DNA from: Cycas panzhihuaensis
Lineage: Eukaryota; Plantae; Cycadophyta
DNA length: 64,000 nt
NCBI GenBank assembly: GCA_023213395.1
Contig: CM041465.1
Span: 184,271,741-184,335,740 of the forward strand
Direction: 5' to 3'
Below the pieces are notes generated by a model. The model ran no database searches, was not told the DNA's origin, and saw only the letters and a program-made list of their open reading frames with translations. The position numbers were made by a program, and so were the translations under genes. Below are positions 26,287 to 39,400 of the stretch, one piece after another (positions within the stretch are counted from its first letter, which is position 1; every line of letters begins with the position of its first letter).

Positions 26287-26519
26287 TGTTAGAAAATATT
26301 AATATTGACTTGTGTTAGCATCATTGGTGGTCTTAACGTTGAGACACATTATTTATATGTAAGTGTTCTGTGTAATTGATTGAGTGAGATAGTTCCTCTC
26401 ATGGCTTTTCCCTGAAAAGAGGTTATCGTGTAAAATATCTGTGTTTGATTTTATTTATGTGCATTTTTATTGTGATGTCTTTGTGATCTTGTGGTGAAAT
26501 TTAACATAGTATTAGAGAC
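26287..26519 (+). repeat. Copia-type LTR (to 26506) followed by a degenerate tRNA-iMet PBS
   Basis: TGTTAG...TTAACA then TAGTATTAGAG; no partner LTR found. Confidence 0.55.
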
Positions 26520-26569
26520 ACAATTGCTTGTTTATGTGATCTTAGATTTGTGAGAAAATAATCTATTGA

Positions 26570-26928
26570 TGTAAAGGTATATGCTATGATGTGATCTTGT
26601 GCATGGCCTCTACTTGTGCTTTGCCCTTTACTTTAGAACTTTGGCAACCTGGTGACAGTTCAAGAATTATTTAGAGTCTCACAACCTTTAACGGTTGGCA
26701 CCTCTTGAAGGATTATAAATATCCTGAAGTCCATTGTATATTCATCAATAAAAAATTGGAATCAATGTGATTGATAGATCTTTTATAGTGGATTTTTTTT
26801 CTGAAAGGGTTTCCCACGTATATCCTATGCACTGTGCAATTGTTCTGTGTTTATATTGTTTGTTTGCTATGTATGGTAAAAATTCTATGGTACGTAAACA
26901 TGTATATATTTATTCATGTTTCTTAACA
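26570..26928 (+). repeat. LTR related to element E LTRs, opposite orientation
   Basis: The 3' half (gaaagggtttcccacgta...ttcatgtttcttaaca) resembles the reverse complement of E's LTR. No TSD; start uncertain. Confidence 0.7.
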
Positions 26929-26929
26929 T

Positions 26930-27719
26930 CGTGGTATGGTTCTTGGTGTCGAAAAGTTTGTTAGCTAGAAGTGGAGATTGAAACTTTGGAATCATACCCT
27001 TTGGATGTAGCACTTCCACTTCATCTTCCAACAATGGTGGTTCATATCGCTTGAGATGACTGACATTGAAGACGTCATGCATCCTAAGATGATCTTGTAG
27101 ATGTGATTGAAATGCAGTGGCCCTAATAGCCTCTATAACTTGGTATGACCCAAACTTGATGGATTTAAGCTTATGATTTGTCAGTGTTTGAATCGTTACT
27201 TATCCAAGTGAAGCCAAACTCCATCAGCTACTTGGAAGTGTGAAACCATGCTGCAATTTATCCTTTGCTTGGGATCTAGTGAGGATTTCCGTGGCGTGAG
27301 CATGTAGTTGGTGGGGATGCTCAATATATGTTATTGCCTTTTGTTGCTCAATCTACCCATGTCGTGTTATTAGAGAAGGGAGTACCTTTGGTAGTTCATC
27401 CGGAGCTACTGGCTGGAAGCCATGATGGGTCTCAAAAGGTGAATATCTTGTAGAGGTGTGGATGAAACAGTTATAGCCATGTTGAATAACTATCAAGGAT
27501 CTTTTCCACTGAGTAGATACATGATGAAAAATGCAAAGAGAGTGAACGAGGGTCTTGTTCATTACTTTGCTCTGGCCCTTGGTCCAAGGAAGAAAAGCAA
27601 TAGAGAAATGAAGGCTGCTTCCCAAAAATTTCCACAACATGTGCCAGATATGGTTGAGGAAATGTGCATCCCTATCAAAAGTAATAGAGATAGGTATCCA
27701 TAATGTAACCATACATGAT
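26930..27719 (-). pseudogene. Ty3/Gypsy chromovirus-type integrase fragment
   Basis: SITFDRDAHFLNHIW, TRYSPFE, HDVFNVSHLKRY. Confidence 0.85.
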
Positions 27720-28669
27720 AGGGTTTTGGCCCCTAGTCACTTGAACACTCCCATGTGACTTTTTGTTGACGGCTGGGGGATTTGCAGATTTTAATGAAAA
27801 CTCCAATATAGTTTAATTTTAATCAAACTTTAAACAAAACAAATTCGCCATGGCTTTAACAATTTTGTCATGCAATCAACTCACATCTCATTGAGTTCTT
27901 TTTGCAACAAAATTTTGTTGGTATAAGCAGTGGTTATCGTGCACTGACACTGAATTTCCCCATCACTGACTGGTATGTTCTGTTGTGGTGATTCATGTGA
28001 AGAATCGCTTGCAAAAATTCCTATAAAGTTGCCCTTGTCATGCAAATATGGCATTGATCTTTTGCGATATAATATCCTTCCTACGCTGCTCACCATGGCT
28101 TTCATGTGATAATGGCTTTGGGTTTGTGTGTGCGATAACAAGTTCTTGGGTTAGCAAATAATTCATGGTGATGGACAAAAGGGCTCAGTGTTGTGGCGTG
28201 ATCCCTTTGGTGCTCAACATGGTGATATCCTCAGTTGTAGATATGATATGCCAATAGGTGAAAAACACCTGTCCTCTGCGTGTTGCCATCGCGCAGAGTG
28301 GAAGTGGATGATGGTCCTGTTGGGAGGAGTTGTGCCTTACTAGGACCACACCTATATCAGACTTCTGTTTGGCCGATCCTTCTAGGCTGCCCTCTCTAAA
28401 CAAACCCTTTACCTTAGTGAATGATTTGCTCCATGTTTGTTGGGCGATCTGTCTTGTTTGGTTCATTTTTACATGGTCAGGCAATGTTCCTACGCGCTAG
28501 AGTTTTCCACGCAAATTTCCTCGCCGTCTGCTCTTATACTCCTTTCGCAGGTTGTGATGGTTACAAATTTCATCTCAACTTGATACAATCTTTGCCTGGT
28601 GTTAAAATCCTATAGATTGCTTCCAATGCAATAAATTTATAGGATATTACCCTTATCAATGTATTACCC

Positions 28670-29425
28670 TTGACTGACTGCAATCCCTTTGCCACACCCA
28701 TGGAGATCAATTGCAATTTGGTTCTTGATGAGAAAGAACAAATAGTCAATGTCACTCTATATAGGCATCTAGTTGGGAGTCTGATCTACCTCACTACTAC
28801 CAGACCTGATAGATCCTATTCAGTCGGACTTCTCTCTAGATACATGCAAGAACTCAGAGTAAGACATTGGAAGGCAGCGTGGAGAATATTGAGATATCTG
28901 AGAGGAACGATAGAATTAAAATTGATCTATTCAAAAGGGGGATCAGCAAAAATCATAGGATTCCGTGATTCAGGTTGGGTAGGAGATAAGGATCAAAGGA
29001 AGTCAACCAGTGGCTTTTGCTTCTTCTTAGGGACAGTTGCAATCTCATGGAGCAACAAAAAACAGTCCACTGTAGCACTCTCGTCAACTGAAGCAGAATA
29101 CAAAGCAACAATAACGGCCACCTGTGAAGTGGTATGGTGCCGGCAATTTCTGAGCGATCTGGATCAACCCCAAAACAAAGCAACAATTATATACTGTGAT
29201 AATCAAAGTGCTATCAAGTTGACCAAAAATCCGGTCTTTCATGCCAGAACTAAGCACATCGAAGTTCATCATCACTTTATAAGAGAGAAGGTCCATAGCA
29301 AAGAAATCAATCTGGAATATTGTCCCTCTTCTAAACAAGTTGCAGATCTGTTGACCAAATCTTTAGGAAAAGAGAAATTCCAGTTTATGAGAGACAAGAT
29401 AGGCTTGAAAGAGATAAAACATTAA
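28670..29425 (+). pseudogene. Ty1/Copia RT C-terminus and RNase H fragment, uninterrupted 251-aa frame
   Basis: YRHLVGSLIYLTTTRPD, RKSTSG, VALSSTEAEY, IYCDNQSAI, HARTKHIEVHHHFIRE. Confidence 0.95.
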
Positions 29426-29432
29426 GAGAGGG

Positions 29433-29627
29433 TGTGGAGGGGTAATGTTTTATCTCTAAATTATGTAATTAGTATATGTAATAGTGACACATGTCATTTG
29501 GTTAAAAGGTAGGTTAACCGTCAAGTTATAACGGTTACCAATTGATTATGTATTTAAAGACTTCATCCTCTCAATAAAGGTGTTGAGTTCTCTTATCAGC
29601 CTTCTGTCTCCTAATTGAATCTCATCA
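29433..29627 (+). repeat. Short Copia 3' LTR, same layout as C's LTR
   Basis: PPT TAAGAGAGGG, then TG...CA of about 195 bp; end approximate. Confidence 0.7.
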
Positions 29628-30213
29628 ATAACTGGGATGCTAGTATGGAGGATATGCATGCATAGAATGCATCACAAATTCACATGTTTGTATCATTTGA
29701 TTGCTTGAAAATGCCAAATGTAATGGGCAATTCTTTGCAAACATTTTAAAAATTCGGTTGAGCCTGTTGGGCTTTAGCTATGGATATCAAAATACTTCAA
29801 ATCTTCTGGTTAGCGTGCACATAAATATTAGTTGGGATGATGAAATGGAAAATTACGAGAGCAAATCCAGTATATAGAGGTTAGTTGGAAGTGTTTAATT
29901 ATATTTTCTCATGACAAAGCACTAGTAATTTGTTATAATGATATCGGTTTGCATGATTGTAGACTTTGAGTGTTATTCATCATTTGTTAATTAGACCTTT
30001 CGCATGTTGGATGCATGCATATGCCTGGCACACTCGTTTAACCCAAGGCTGTACTGGCATTTGCACTTATACCCATGCACCCTGGTATAGTGTAAAATAA
30101 AGCATACAAAAAATAGGACACCTACAGAATTTGAAATGATTGGTCAAGTTGAATATAAGATAATATTAAGCGCTGGTCTTTATCACAGAAAGTTAAAGGG
30201 GCGAAATGTTTGT

Positions 30214-30279
<66 letters not shown>

Positions 30280-30300
30280 GCGCGCGCACACACACACACA
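30214..30300. repeat. Compound microsatellite (CT)n(CA)n(CG)n(CA)n
   Basis: Directly visible. Confidence 0.98.
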
Positions 30301-33300
30301 TGCTACTCCTCTCCCATTCCAGCTGCCACAATAATATTATCTTATTTTGAATTTAAATAATACTTCAGTTTGAACTATGGATTCAAAGTCATGAAAATAT
30401 TCTACCCATCTCTTCCATATATAATTTGAGGTGACCTAACTACATTCAATTGCTTTCTATTCCACCTCTCTTTTCTGTATGTAATTTGAGGGCACCTGAC
30501 TCTCATTTATATCTGCATTCCATGTTATCTCTTCACCCCGTTTTGAGACATTTTGAAGATAGAGATCAATTGCTTTGAGTGAGAGACTAAAGAGAAATAA
30601 CTTGGGGGTGGTTAGTTTGGTTGAGCCACATGTGTACACGCACATATCTGCGCCCGTCCTCCTGCCAAAAGAAAGAAAGGGAAGAAGAAACACAGGGTTG
30701 AATCCATGGCAAATAATTGCCACAGTGATATTTCTTTAATGCTCAGGATTTTTCTGGTAAAAAGGGATTGATACATTTGTTTGAAAATAATAAATAACTT
30801 GGTTATAGATATTTGGTTTGCTGGTTGTTGAGATGTTTTTTTTTTTTTAATGCAGGATCTTAATTTTTCAGAGAATGCAGATTATTTCCTAACTTGGTGA
30901 GAGGTATTAATTTTGCAGGTTCATACGTTACTCATGAGACAAAGCACTTCATATACTTCTATCTAGGTCAGATAGCCGTCCTCTTGTTTAAATCAGGATA
31001 ACCAAAGGTCATAGGTGGTAAAGCTGTGTAGTTGGTTTGTCACAATGTCTTTTTGTGGGAAGCATCTTTGTGTTATTCTGTTTCTCAAGGTACATGGTGT
31101 ATAGTAATGTACTGTGAAATTGTACTACGAATTTTTGACATTTAAACTTGATTATAATCTGAAAGCTTGATTGTGGATGTGCCATGTTTGGCAAAAATAG
31201 GAGGGTGTTCATTGATGATCTGACAATTAAGAAGCAACATGCTTTGACAGTTCTTATGATGTGTGTACTTGAATATATAGCAATGGCCTTTGCCTTATGA
31301 TTGAAATGCGATTTTATTGTTCTCTTACAGGCATGTTTGATTCTGACATTGTCTAACCTTTTCGCGAAAATGGGTTTGTTAAAATTGGTTAAAACAAGAT
31401 GAAGTTTGTTAAAGCAGCATGCTTCAACTCCAATAATATTGCTTGTGATCTGTTTGGATTTTATTGAAACTGCACCCTTTTCCTGTGATTTCATAGCGTA
31501 GGGGCACTTGCTTTTTACTTTTGATAAATATTCTCTCTGGTCTATCCAAAGGAACTGAAGTCCGCAGTCTGTTCATACAATACCTGAAATTAAAATTTCA
31601 TCTGCAATTTATTTGTCTTCCACTATCATGGGCATGGACTAGGGTGCTTTTATCATACAGAACTGTTTCAATTGATGGCTGCAATTTGACCTGGCTTTGT
31701 GTGTGTGAGAGATGGGCATATGGTTTGGGTGAATATAGGAATCATGGATGGAGACGATAATTTGAATGAAACTTATTAGCTTGGTATAAGATTGTTCCTT
31801 GGACCTAATTTTTCCTAGTTTCATGGAGAAGTCTTTTGATACTTCAGAATCCAGGGCCTGCTTCTATGTGCAATCGTCCTCCTCAGATGTGTTTTTGTGC
31901 AAGGGATAACAGTACCGGTCACTTTTTGAATGTGACTATTGGGTTAAGGATAGAGCTGTGCTTAAAATCATTCTACTCGTGTTTTCAAGGAGCTATACCA
32001 CTTTGGAAATCTGTAACCATCGGTAAATATACTGTCCATCCTTCCCTTTTGAATTCAAGAAGGTTCTTAAATCTCTGAGACTTGCAACGTTCTCTTTTTT
32101 GACAATTAAGCTTCTTTTTGGTCACAAATTTCTAGCCGGGTTGGTTAATGTTATCATCAGAATTTGTGTGACTTGAAATTTTCATTTGTAAGTGGTGAAG
32201 GGGATGGTAGCTAGCATGCGTGATGGGAAGATGGCCTTACTTTGAAGTATCCAGAACATAAACGAGTGAATGTTGGCAGGAATAAATCAAGTTACGGTGC
32301 TCTCCACTCTTCAATTTCTTTTTCAATAGCTAATGGTGAGGGATAAACAGCTGCATAATTGTGAAAATTTACCAGGATGTAATAAGTGTGAAAATCTGGA
32401 CAGGAAATAAAAAATTGTGGAGCAAGAGGGGCAAGGGCAAAAGGTCTGAGATAAAAGGGGGTTGTATTGCACGGGCATGTGGATGTGTAGTTGAAGAAAC
32501 TTTAGCCCCCACACATTGTATAGTTAGGAAATAGCACTAATTTGAGATACCCATAAACTAAACTCGGAATTGATCTGTAGTTACGCAACAATCTATAGCA
32601 ATACGATATCAGCATAAGACTTACAAACTGAAAAATTTCTGAACTTGTCCATGGAAGAGTTAAAACATTGTGTCAATCATGAGATTTTGTAGCTTGTACC
32701 TTACTATCCTAAATTCAACCCAGATGGAAATTAGGAACAAATGGTTGAATAAATGATTACGAGCAAACTGCTCTTGGAGGTAGACCAAAAAATGGGACAC
32801 GGTTTTGAGCATGTTGTTTTGTCGCTTTGGACTTGCCATTTGCATACGTTCAACTGTCCGCAAGAAATGCTTATTCCTTAGATTTGTGGTGACACAAAAT
32901 ATGGTGGTTCATTGTGAAGTAGATACTTCGCAATTTGGATGGTGGAATTTACAGTTGTAAAATACGTTAATTTGATAATTACTACAATCAAATGGGGAGA
33001 TCAAGTTCTGTTAGGGCAATCAATCATGGATATTGAAGTAATGGAGAGGAATATAATAAGGAAGGGGAATGGTATTTACATTCATAAATAAAAATAAAAT
33101 GAGTAAACACACTCAAGATTGGTGCTAAAAGGAATATTTGTGCAATTTGATATTGGGTTAAATATGAGTGGGATATGATCAAGATTACTAGCTTTTACAC
33201 ACCCCCCCCCCTCCCCAACAAAAATAAAAAAGGCCTCATATAGAATTCATATAGAAACAAAGTGAATTGAACTACTTTTTGAGTGTAAAAATAATTTTTT

Positions 33301-34272
33301 AGGATTTTAATCATAATTTGCAAGATATTTTTTAAAATCTTTGTTTTAAGAATTGCAGGTTGGAGTTTTGGGGAGAAAATAGAAAATTGGATTTGACATT
33401 ATGTTAGATGAATATGAAATACACAAAAAGTAATATCATGTTAGAAAATTATAGTGTTTATATATTATGTTTAAAATATTATATAAAAATTTGTGATACC
33501 ATGATAAAGAAAAATAAAATATTCACCAATGTAAAATAGAAAAGAATGGGGAAGAATGATTAATTTTTATCTATTGTATTAGAATAGGTACATGTTTAGA
33601 GATGGATCTTGTTGCATACATCAAACATGATTAGAGGATTTTTAAGATGATCTATGAGAATAGATAGAGATGTGAGTTCTAATACATATTTTAATAATGT
33701 TTCATGTATTAAGTGTTTTTTGTTATGGATTTTATCTGTAATTTAAAGTGATGGTCGGAAATTTGAATACAACAGAGCTTTTGAAAAGGTTTAATAGTAA
33801 AAAAAGACTATATAATTGATTGATAAAATGAATTGATGGTTTGTGATACATTGGATGTCATATTTATATATATAATAGGCCCCTTCACTTAAAGGTTGCA
33901 TCCTTTTAATTATACTTATTCGACAATAATATAATTAATTAACTTTTTAAGAAGGTTTATAACAATTTCTCCCCTTTAAGATGTTTCGCTCATGAAACAT
34001 AGTTGAATGATTGCAGTCCTTTAAGCGAACGCTGATTTTTGTTGAATTAGTGTCCATTAAGAAATTAATTAGATGTTGCAAGTATTTATTAAAAGATTCT
34101 TTTGGTTGAAAACTTCGGCTACCTTTTTAATGTTTTTGGGATGTTTTGTAAATATTAGCTTTTTTAGTTAGTTTAATATTTTCTTGGAACATAAACAATT
34201 GAGCTTTTGTACCTTGTGGATGTGTCTTAGTTTTTTTATCCATGTTCTTGCATAATATAATTTTAATTTTGC

Positions 34273-35480
34273 TCAAATTTTTTTTTGACAATGTGATGGT
34301 TCTTTTTTTTTTATATCGTATGAATTGTTTGTCAATATTCGTTCAAAAGTTTCGAGTGTACTGAGCCATCGATTGTCCAACACAATATCTACACTTCCAA
34401 CATCAATGACGTAAAAGTCTTTTATAATGTTGACAGTGAGATTGAGGTTTTTCATGATGCCTTGTCCTGATATCTCCCGTCTTCCTCCAACACTTACTTG
34501 GAAGCGATAAGTCCTTAACAGAAATAATCTCAATTGTTGAGCACAGTTCCTATCAATGAAATTATATATACTACTCGAATCTACCAAAATTGTAACACCT
34601 TGGTTTTTAATAGATCCTTGTAATTTTAATGTATTTGGTTGAGAGGAATTATTCATAGATAAAGACATTCTTGGGTTGATGATTTCAAGATTACAGTAAC
34701 TTCTCTGGTATTCATAGTGATGAATCTTCTCGATTATTTCCTAACTCTTGTTCTTCTTCAATAATATTGTCATCAGGCAGTAATATAATTGTATATAACT
34801 GGTTCTTTTGACATTTATGTCCAATTTCTCACTTCTCCTCATGTCTAAAACATAGGCTTTTTCTTCTTAACTCTTCTTGTTTTGTTCTTGATTTTTGAAT
34901 AATTGGTTTGGCAGGTCGATTCAAATTTATTGATAATGGTTTGCGTTGAGTACTTGGTAATAGATTATGTTGAATAGATGGAGAAATTTAAGGATTTGTA
35001 TTAGTTTTGCATAAGGCATTGACTTTATTTTCATGTATTCTGGTTAATTGTATTGCCTTATTAAGGTCTTTTGGTTTTTAGACTTCAACATCAGCTTGAA
35101 TCTCTGTTATCAGGCTGTCTATATATAATTGGATAAGTTGATTAGTCAATATGTCTTTTAACACATAGCTCAACCTTGTGAATGATGTGTTGTGTTCTTC
35201 CACAGAATCTGTTTGTTTTAATTTTGGTAACTCACAATAGTAATTACAGTTAGTTATCATTTCAAACTATTCAACGAATAAACGTACAAATTCTTTTTAG
35301 GTTGGAAGTTGATTTTGAAATAAAGTTTATTCGAGACACTGCCACCATTCACATGATATTTCGTCCATGTGCTGGGTGGCTAAAGAAACTTGTTCCGTTG
35401 GTTCAATTTCTACCAAATGAAAGTAGTTTTCCATTTGTTAGATCACACTCTTGGTTCGTGTGATTTCTATTCAATGTTGA
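34273..35480 (-). pseudogene. Decayed gag and aspartic protease of G
   Basis: YQMENYFHL, LKQTDSVEEH, TLKLQGSIKNQGVTILVDSSSIYNFI, DIVLDNRWL. Confidence 0.85.
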
Positions 35481-36369
35481 AACGTTGTATTGCAATTTTT
35501 TTGAACTTTTTCTTTTCTTGTGCTTGTATACTTTGTAGGCAGTTAAAATGTGCTTAAAAATTCACTATCTTTTATTTATCGGGGATTAGATTTTGATACT
35601 TAGTAAGATATTTTTTGGTAGCTTCGTTCTTAATATTAATTGGAGATGTGAGAACCAAATTAATTTTTTATAGTGTGATTTTTGATATTTGACTGACGAC
35701 TCATTGTTTCATTTTTAAAATTTGGAACAATCATATCTTTTTTTTCTACTTGTCACTATGATTGTCAATTTATCGAAAATCTGATATAAAGTATGATTCA
35801 AAAGAGCATTCGATGTCTGAACCGCATTATATACTGCTTGGGTAATAGGTTCAACAATATCCTTTTAGCTGGTGTTGACCCCCATTTCTTTAGTGCTCAT
35901 CACTTTATTTATTATATATGTGCGATTTCAATGATTTCTTTCTGTAACTATGCGTTAATCCACTAGATTGTGAGAGCACGATAAGGTTATAGAAGTTGAT
36001 ATTATATTTGTAAGTCGATAATATGTCTTCCCTTCCGAATGTATAAAATCTTATAATTTGTTGTAATAGAGTCTCAGTTAGTGAGAAGCTAAGAATTGAT
36101 GCCTTTGAATGTTATTAGCTTATATCTTATGACTCAAATTGTTTGATATGTGAAGATAATGACGATGTGTCCCATTTTTGAAGGATTGTATGTATAAATT
36201 TGAAAAATAATTTAATTGTTAAGAAATTTGGGTGATAAATGGAAATTAATAACTTATAAGATAGTAATATTGATAATTAAATATCAAATTTGACCTTGTT
36301 AAAAGTGGTAATGAATAGATTTAAGAATTTAATTATGTAACAAATAAAAATTTATTTGAATGGCTAAAT

Positions 36370-36370
<1 letters not shown>

Positions 36371-36414
<44 letters not shown>
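36371..36414. repeat. (AAT)n microsatellite inside G
   Basis: Directly visible. Confidence 0.95.
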
Positions 36415-36416
<2 letters not shown>

Positions 36417-39400
36417 AAATATAATATATTATGTGTTATATTATTTAAGAATAATAAAAGTATTTATAATGATATATAATGTGTAATTAATTTGGTGACT
36501 TTTATATACTTAATACTATATATATGATATTACAAAATATACTATATATATATAGTTAACTGTATATAAAGAAATGATTGAAGGATGGGTATTAAAAACA
36601 TTTTAAAACAAGTCAAACACATAACATATAATATTATAAGCGGGTTAAGGGTTTCGTATATTATGGCGGCAACGAATTGTAGAGACAGGCGCAACAGATG
36701 GAGAAGAAGGAATGCACGGCAACGACGACAGACATGATGCAATGGAACTAACAAGGATGTAGAACACAAACAAGAATAAAACGACAGCAAGAGCGAAAGC
36801 ATGACGAAACAAAATGGAAGACACAGATAGTGGGCGGGAACGAACCAGATGGAACGCAGATGATGCATGGGGTAGAAACAAATGGGAGATGCAGAAGATT
36901 AGATGGAAAAGGAGATGTATGAAAAGACAAGAAGAATGGAAAGAATTCAAGACAGACAATGAACGCTTCTGGACAATATTTTAGTGGAGATAGTGGACCC
37001 ACGTTGAGAGTTCCAGATTACTACTTATGTTTCTAGATTCTCCTGCAAGTTGGTTAGTTTTGATTTATTTTTCTATTGAAACACATAATTTAAACATTTG
37101 CTTTGGGCTCAATGGTTGTTATTCATTGCTTTTGAGTGCCCAATTTGTGCACTAGTATATTTGATTGGTTTCATTTGAAAGGTTAAGGTGTGGAGGAAGA
37201 GAAAGCAGGCCACCCGTGGAAATGAAATAACTGCAGAGACAGGTATCTACTTGCTCTGATAACACTTGTTGTAGACCTTATCCGTAACTTGAAGGGACAA
37301 CTAGAAATTTGAATACAACAAAAAGTTTTAAAAAAGGTTTAATAGTAAAAAAAAGACCATATAATTGATTGATAAAATGAGTTGATAGTTTACAATACAT
37401 TGGAGGTCATACTTATATGTATAATAGGCCATTTTATTTAAATGTTGCATCTATTCAATAATACCCATTCAACAATAATATAATTAATTAACTTTTTGAG
37501 GAGGTTCATAACATTTTCACACGTGTACACATCTTTAAGATGATTATGCATAATATTGGAGGGATAATTCAATTAAATAATTACAATAATTATGGATTGA
37601 TCGTAGATTAAGCATTATTATTCAATAAAATTAATGAGAGAATTTTATTAACATGCACATAAAAAGAAGAGGAGCATGGGTAATAGAGATTATAGGGAGC
37701 ATATCTTACTTTGTTAAATACCCATGGTAGAAATATGTTTGTTGTGCAACCAAAAGTAAAAGAAAGAGGTGGCATGTGCAAGATCTGTTGCAATTTTTGG
37801 GCCTTTGCTCTATTCATAAATATTTATCATGGAGTAAAAGTTCATTTATGTGGTTTGAAGGGGCAATGGATTCAAATTTATAGTGGGATAAATGATTTTT
37901 AACGACAATTTTTTATCAATTAACAAACAAAAGTTAAAGGCCAAATTCTCTGAGCTATTTTTTCACTATCCAATCATTTGTGTCTATTTAAGGGGTGCTT
38001 ATTTTAATGATTCTTATTTTTTTTTTTTGTTGAAAATAGATGATTCATTAGATATGAACGAATCATTAGATGAGAATATTACATAAAATATAACAAAAAA
38101 TGGAGGGTGATTCCAAATGAAACCACCCTTCCTTTTTTAGGTCTTAAACAATGTTAGTTATAACTACCATGAATCACCAAAGTCACTCAAAATAGAAAAC
38201 TAGGCCACAAGCATGCATTGTAAATCTTAGAGGCTATAAGATTGAATCACAAATTGTAGCAACACGTTACAAGCATGAGGACAAACCTCGGAGGCTGCAA
38301 GGCTTAATCACACAATGCTAACATAAGTTCATTACATCCTTAGCCAATAACAATATGAAATTGCTGTTGCAAGTACAAGATGGCTTCTAGAGGTTTGATA
38401 CATGAAGCTATTTGAGTTTTGATGACAATGAAGTACAAATAACTAAAAAATTAAAAGCAGGGCCATGGCTTGCCATAATGGCAAATAACTTGAAAGCCAA
38501 TCGGTACCCAACCAATATACAAACACCCTAGTTTAGATTAACATTTAAGCATGCAAGCTTGGGGTACCACTACAACGGCCACAACACCTTGTAGGATGTC
38601 AAGAATAGTTGCCTCTAAGCATGTGAGACACTAGACCACCCAGATCCTGGGAATGGAGAATGATAAATGCCGCTAGTTGACATATGCCCCTTCTTCCTGT
38701 ATTGGAACCTTGGTCCCATAAGCTGAAGTTGGGCCCTATGCACTATTGGATAAATGAGGCCTCAACATCTAGGAAGAAATCCATGTCTAGGTGCTGATTA
38801 CTATTTTGAATGCTCCTTTTCTTGTGTTTTCCAACAATAGTTGTCACTGATATGGGGACAATATCAACATTAGCAAAATTCTCATCAATTGTTGATACAT
38901 GGATTGACCCAGTGACTTGAATGCTATCATTATGAACTAGTTGCACCATCAAGACTATTCGACACACAAAGTTGTAGTGTCATTTCCGCTATACACCATC
39001 CCACAGACCACAACATTTAGAAAGTTCTGAGAACTTGTGTCGACCTTTCATAAAATCCCTGCACACAAAACCGTAGGTGCCACAACTCCAGATCGAGAGA
39101 GAGTCTTATGCTATTGTCCACTTGATTCACCCCTTTTCTCGAAACTCTTGCCTATGCTCAACTATTCATACCTTGCCTCTCCATGGGCATTATGGAGGCC
39201 TTGAGGAAGTGTAGGTAGGACAAGAGAGGGTTGAAGGAGTGGAGGAGGGAGAGCGCTACTGTCACTCCTCCCCATTAATCTAGTGTTTCCCTCCCTTGCC
39301 TCATATTGTTACTAGCCTACTTGTTTCATCCCCTATTCAACTAGTCCCAAAATTATCAAGATGAATGAGATTTGTTGCTGATCTTATATTCAAGAGATGT

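Larger units (their letters stand above)
33721..37513 (-). mobile_element. Non-autonomous Gypsy element G (gag and protease only, TR-GAG-like)
   Basis: LTRs 33721-33964 and 37267-37513; PBS gctctgataaca next to the right LTR; PPT tttctcccct next to the left LTR; near-TSD TTTTT/TTTTC. Confidence 0.9.

Noticed and set aside
758-29338. Numerous short antisense ORFs over pol regions
   Set aside because: They are shadows of the TE coding frames on the opposite strand.
30303-30320. Similarity to miR482 (ctactcct..cccattcc)
   Set aside because: Has a 2-nt insertion, lacks the 5' match, and no complementary arm is nearby.
31009-31494. 161-aa minus-strand ORF as a host gene
   Set aside because: No recognisable domain; composition fits the antisense of T-rich non-coding DNA.
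31540-31585. Minus-strand terminal exon (ttttaatttcag|VLYEQTADFSSFG*)
   Set aside because: No upstream exon or protein identity can be supported.
33490-33720. Additional LTR with PBS (tgtgatacca|tga) possibly hosting G
   Set aside because: Too decayed; no partner LTR or defined end.
39236-39275. miR390-like GGAGGGAGAGCGC with a short fold-back
   Set aside because: Only partial identity and no precursor-length hairpin.
38100-39300. Possible LINE remnant
   Set aside because: No endonuclease or RT motif could be read in any frame I examined.
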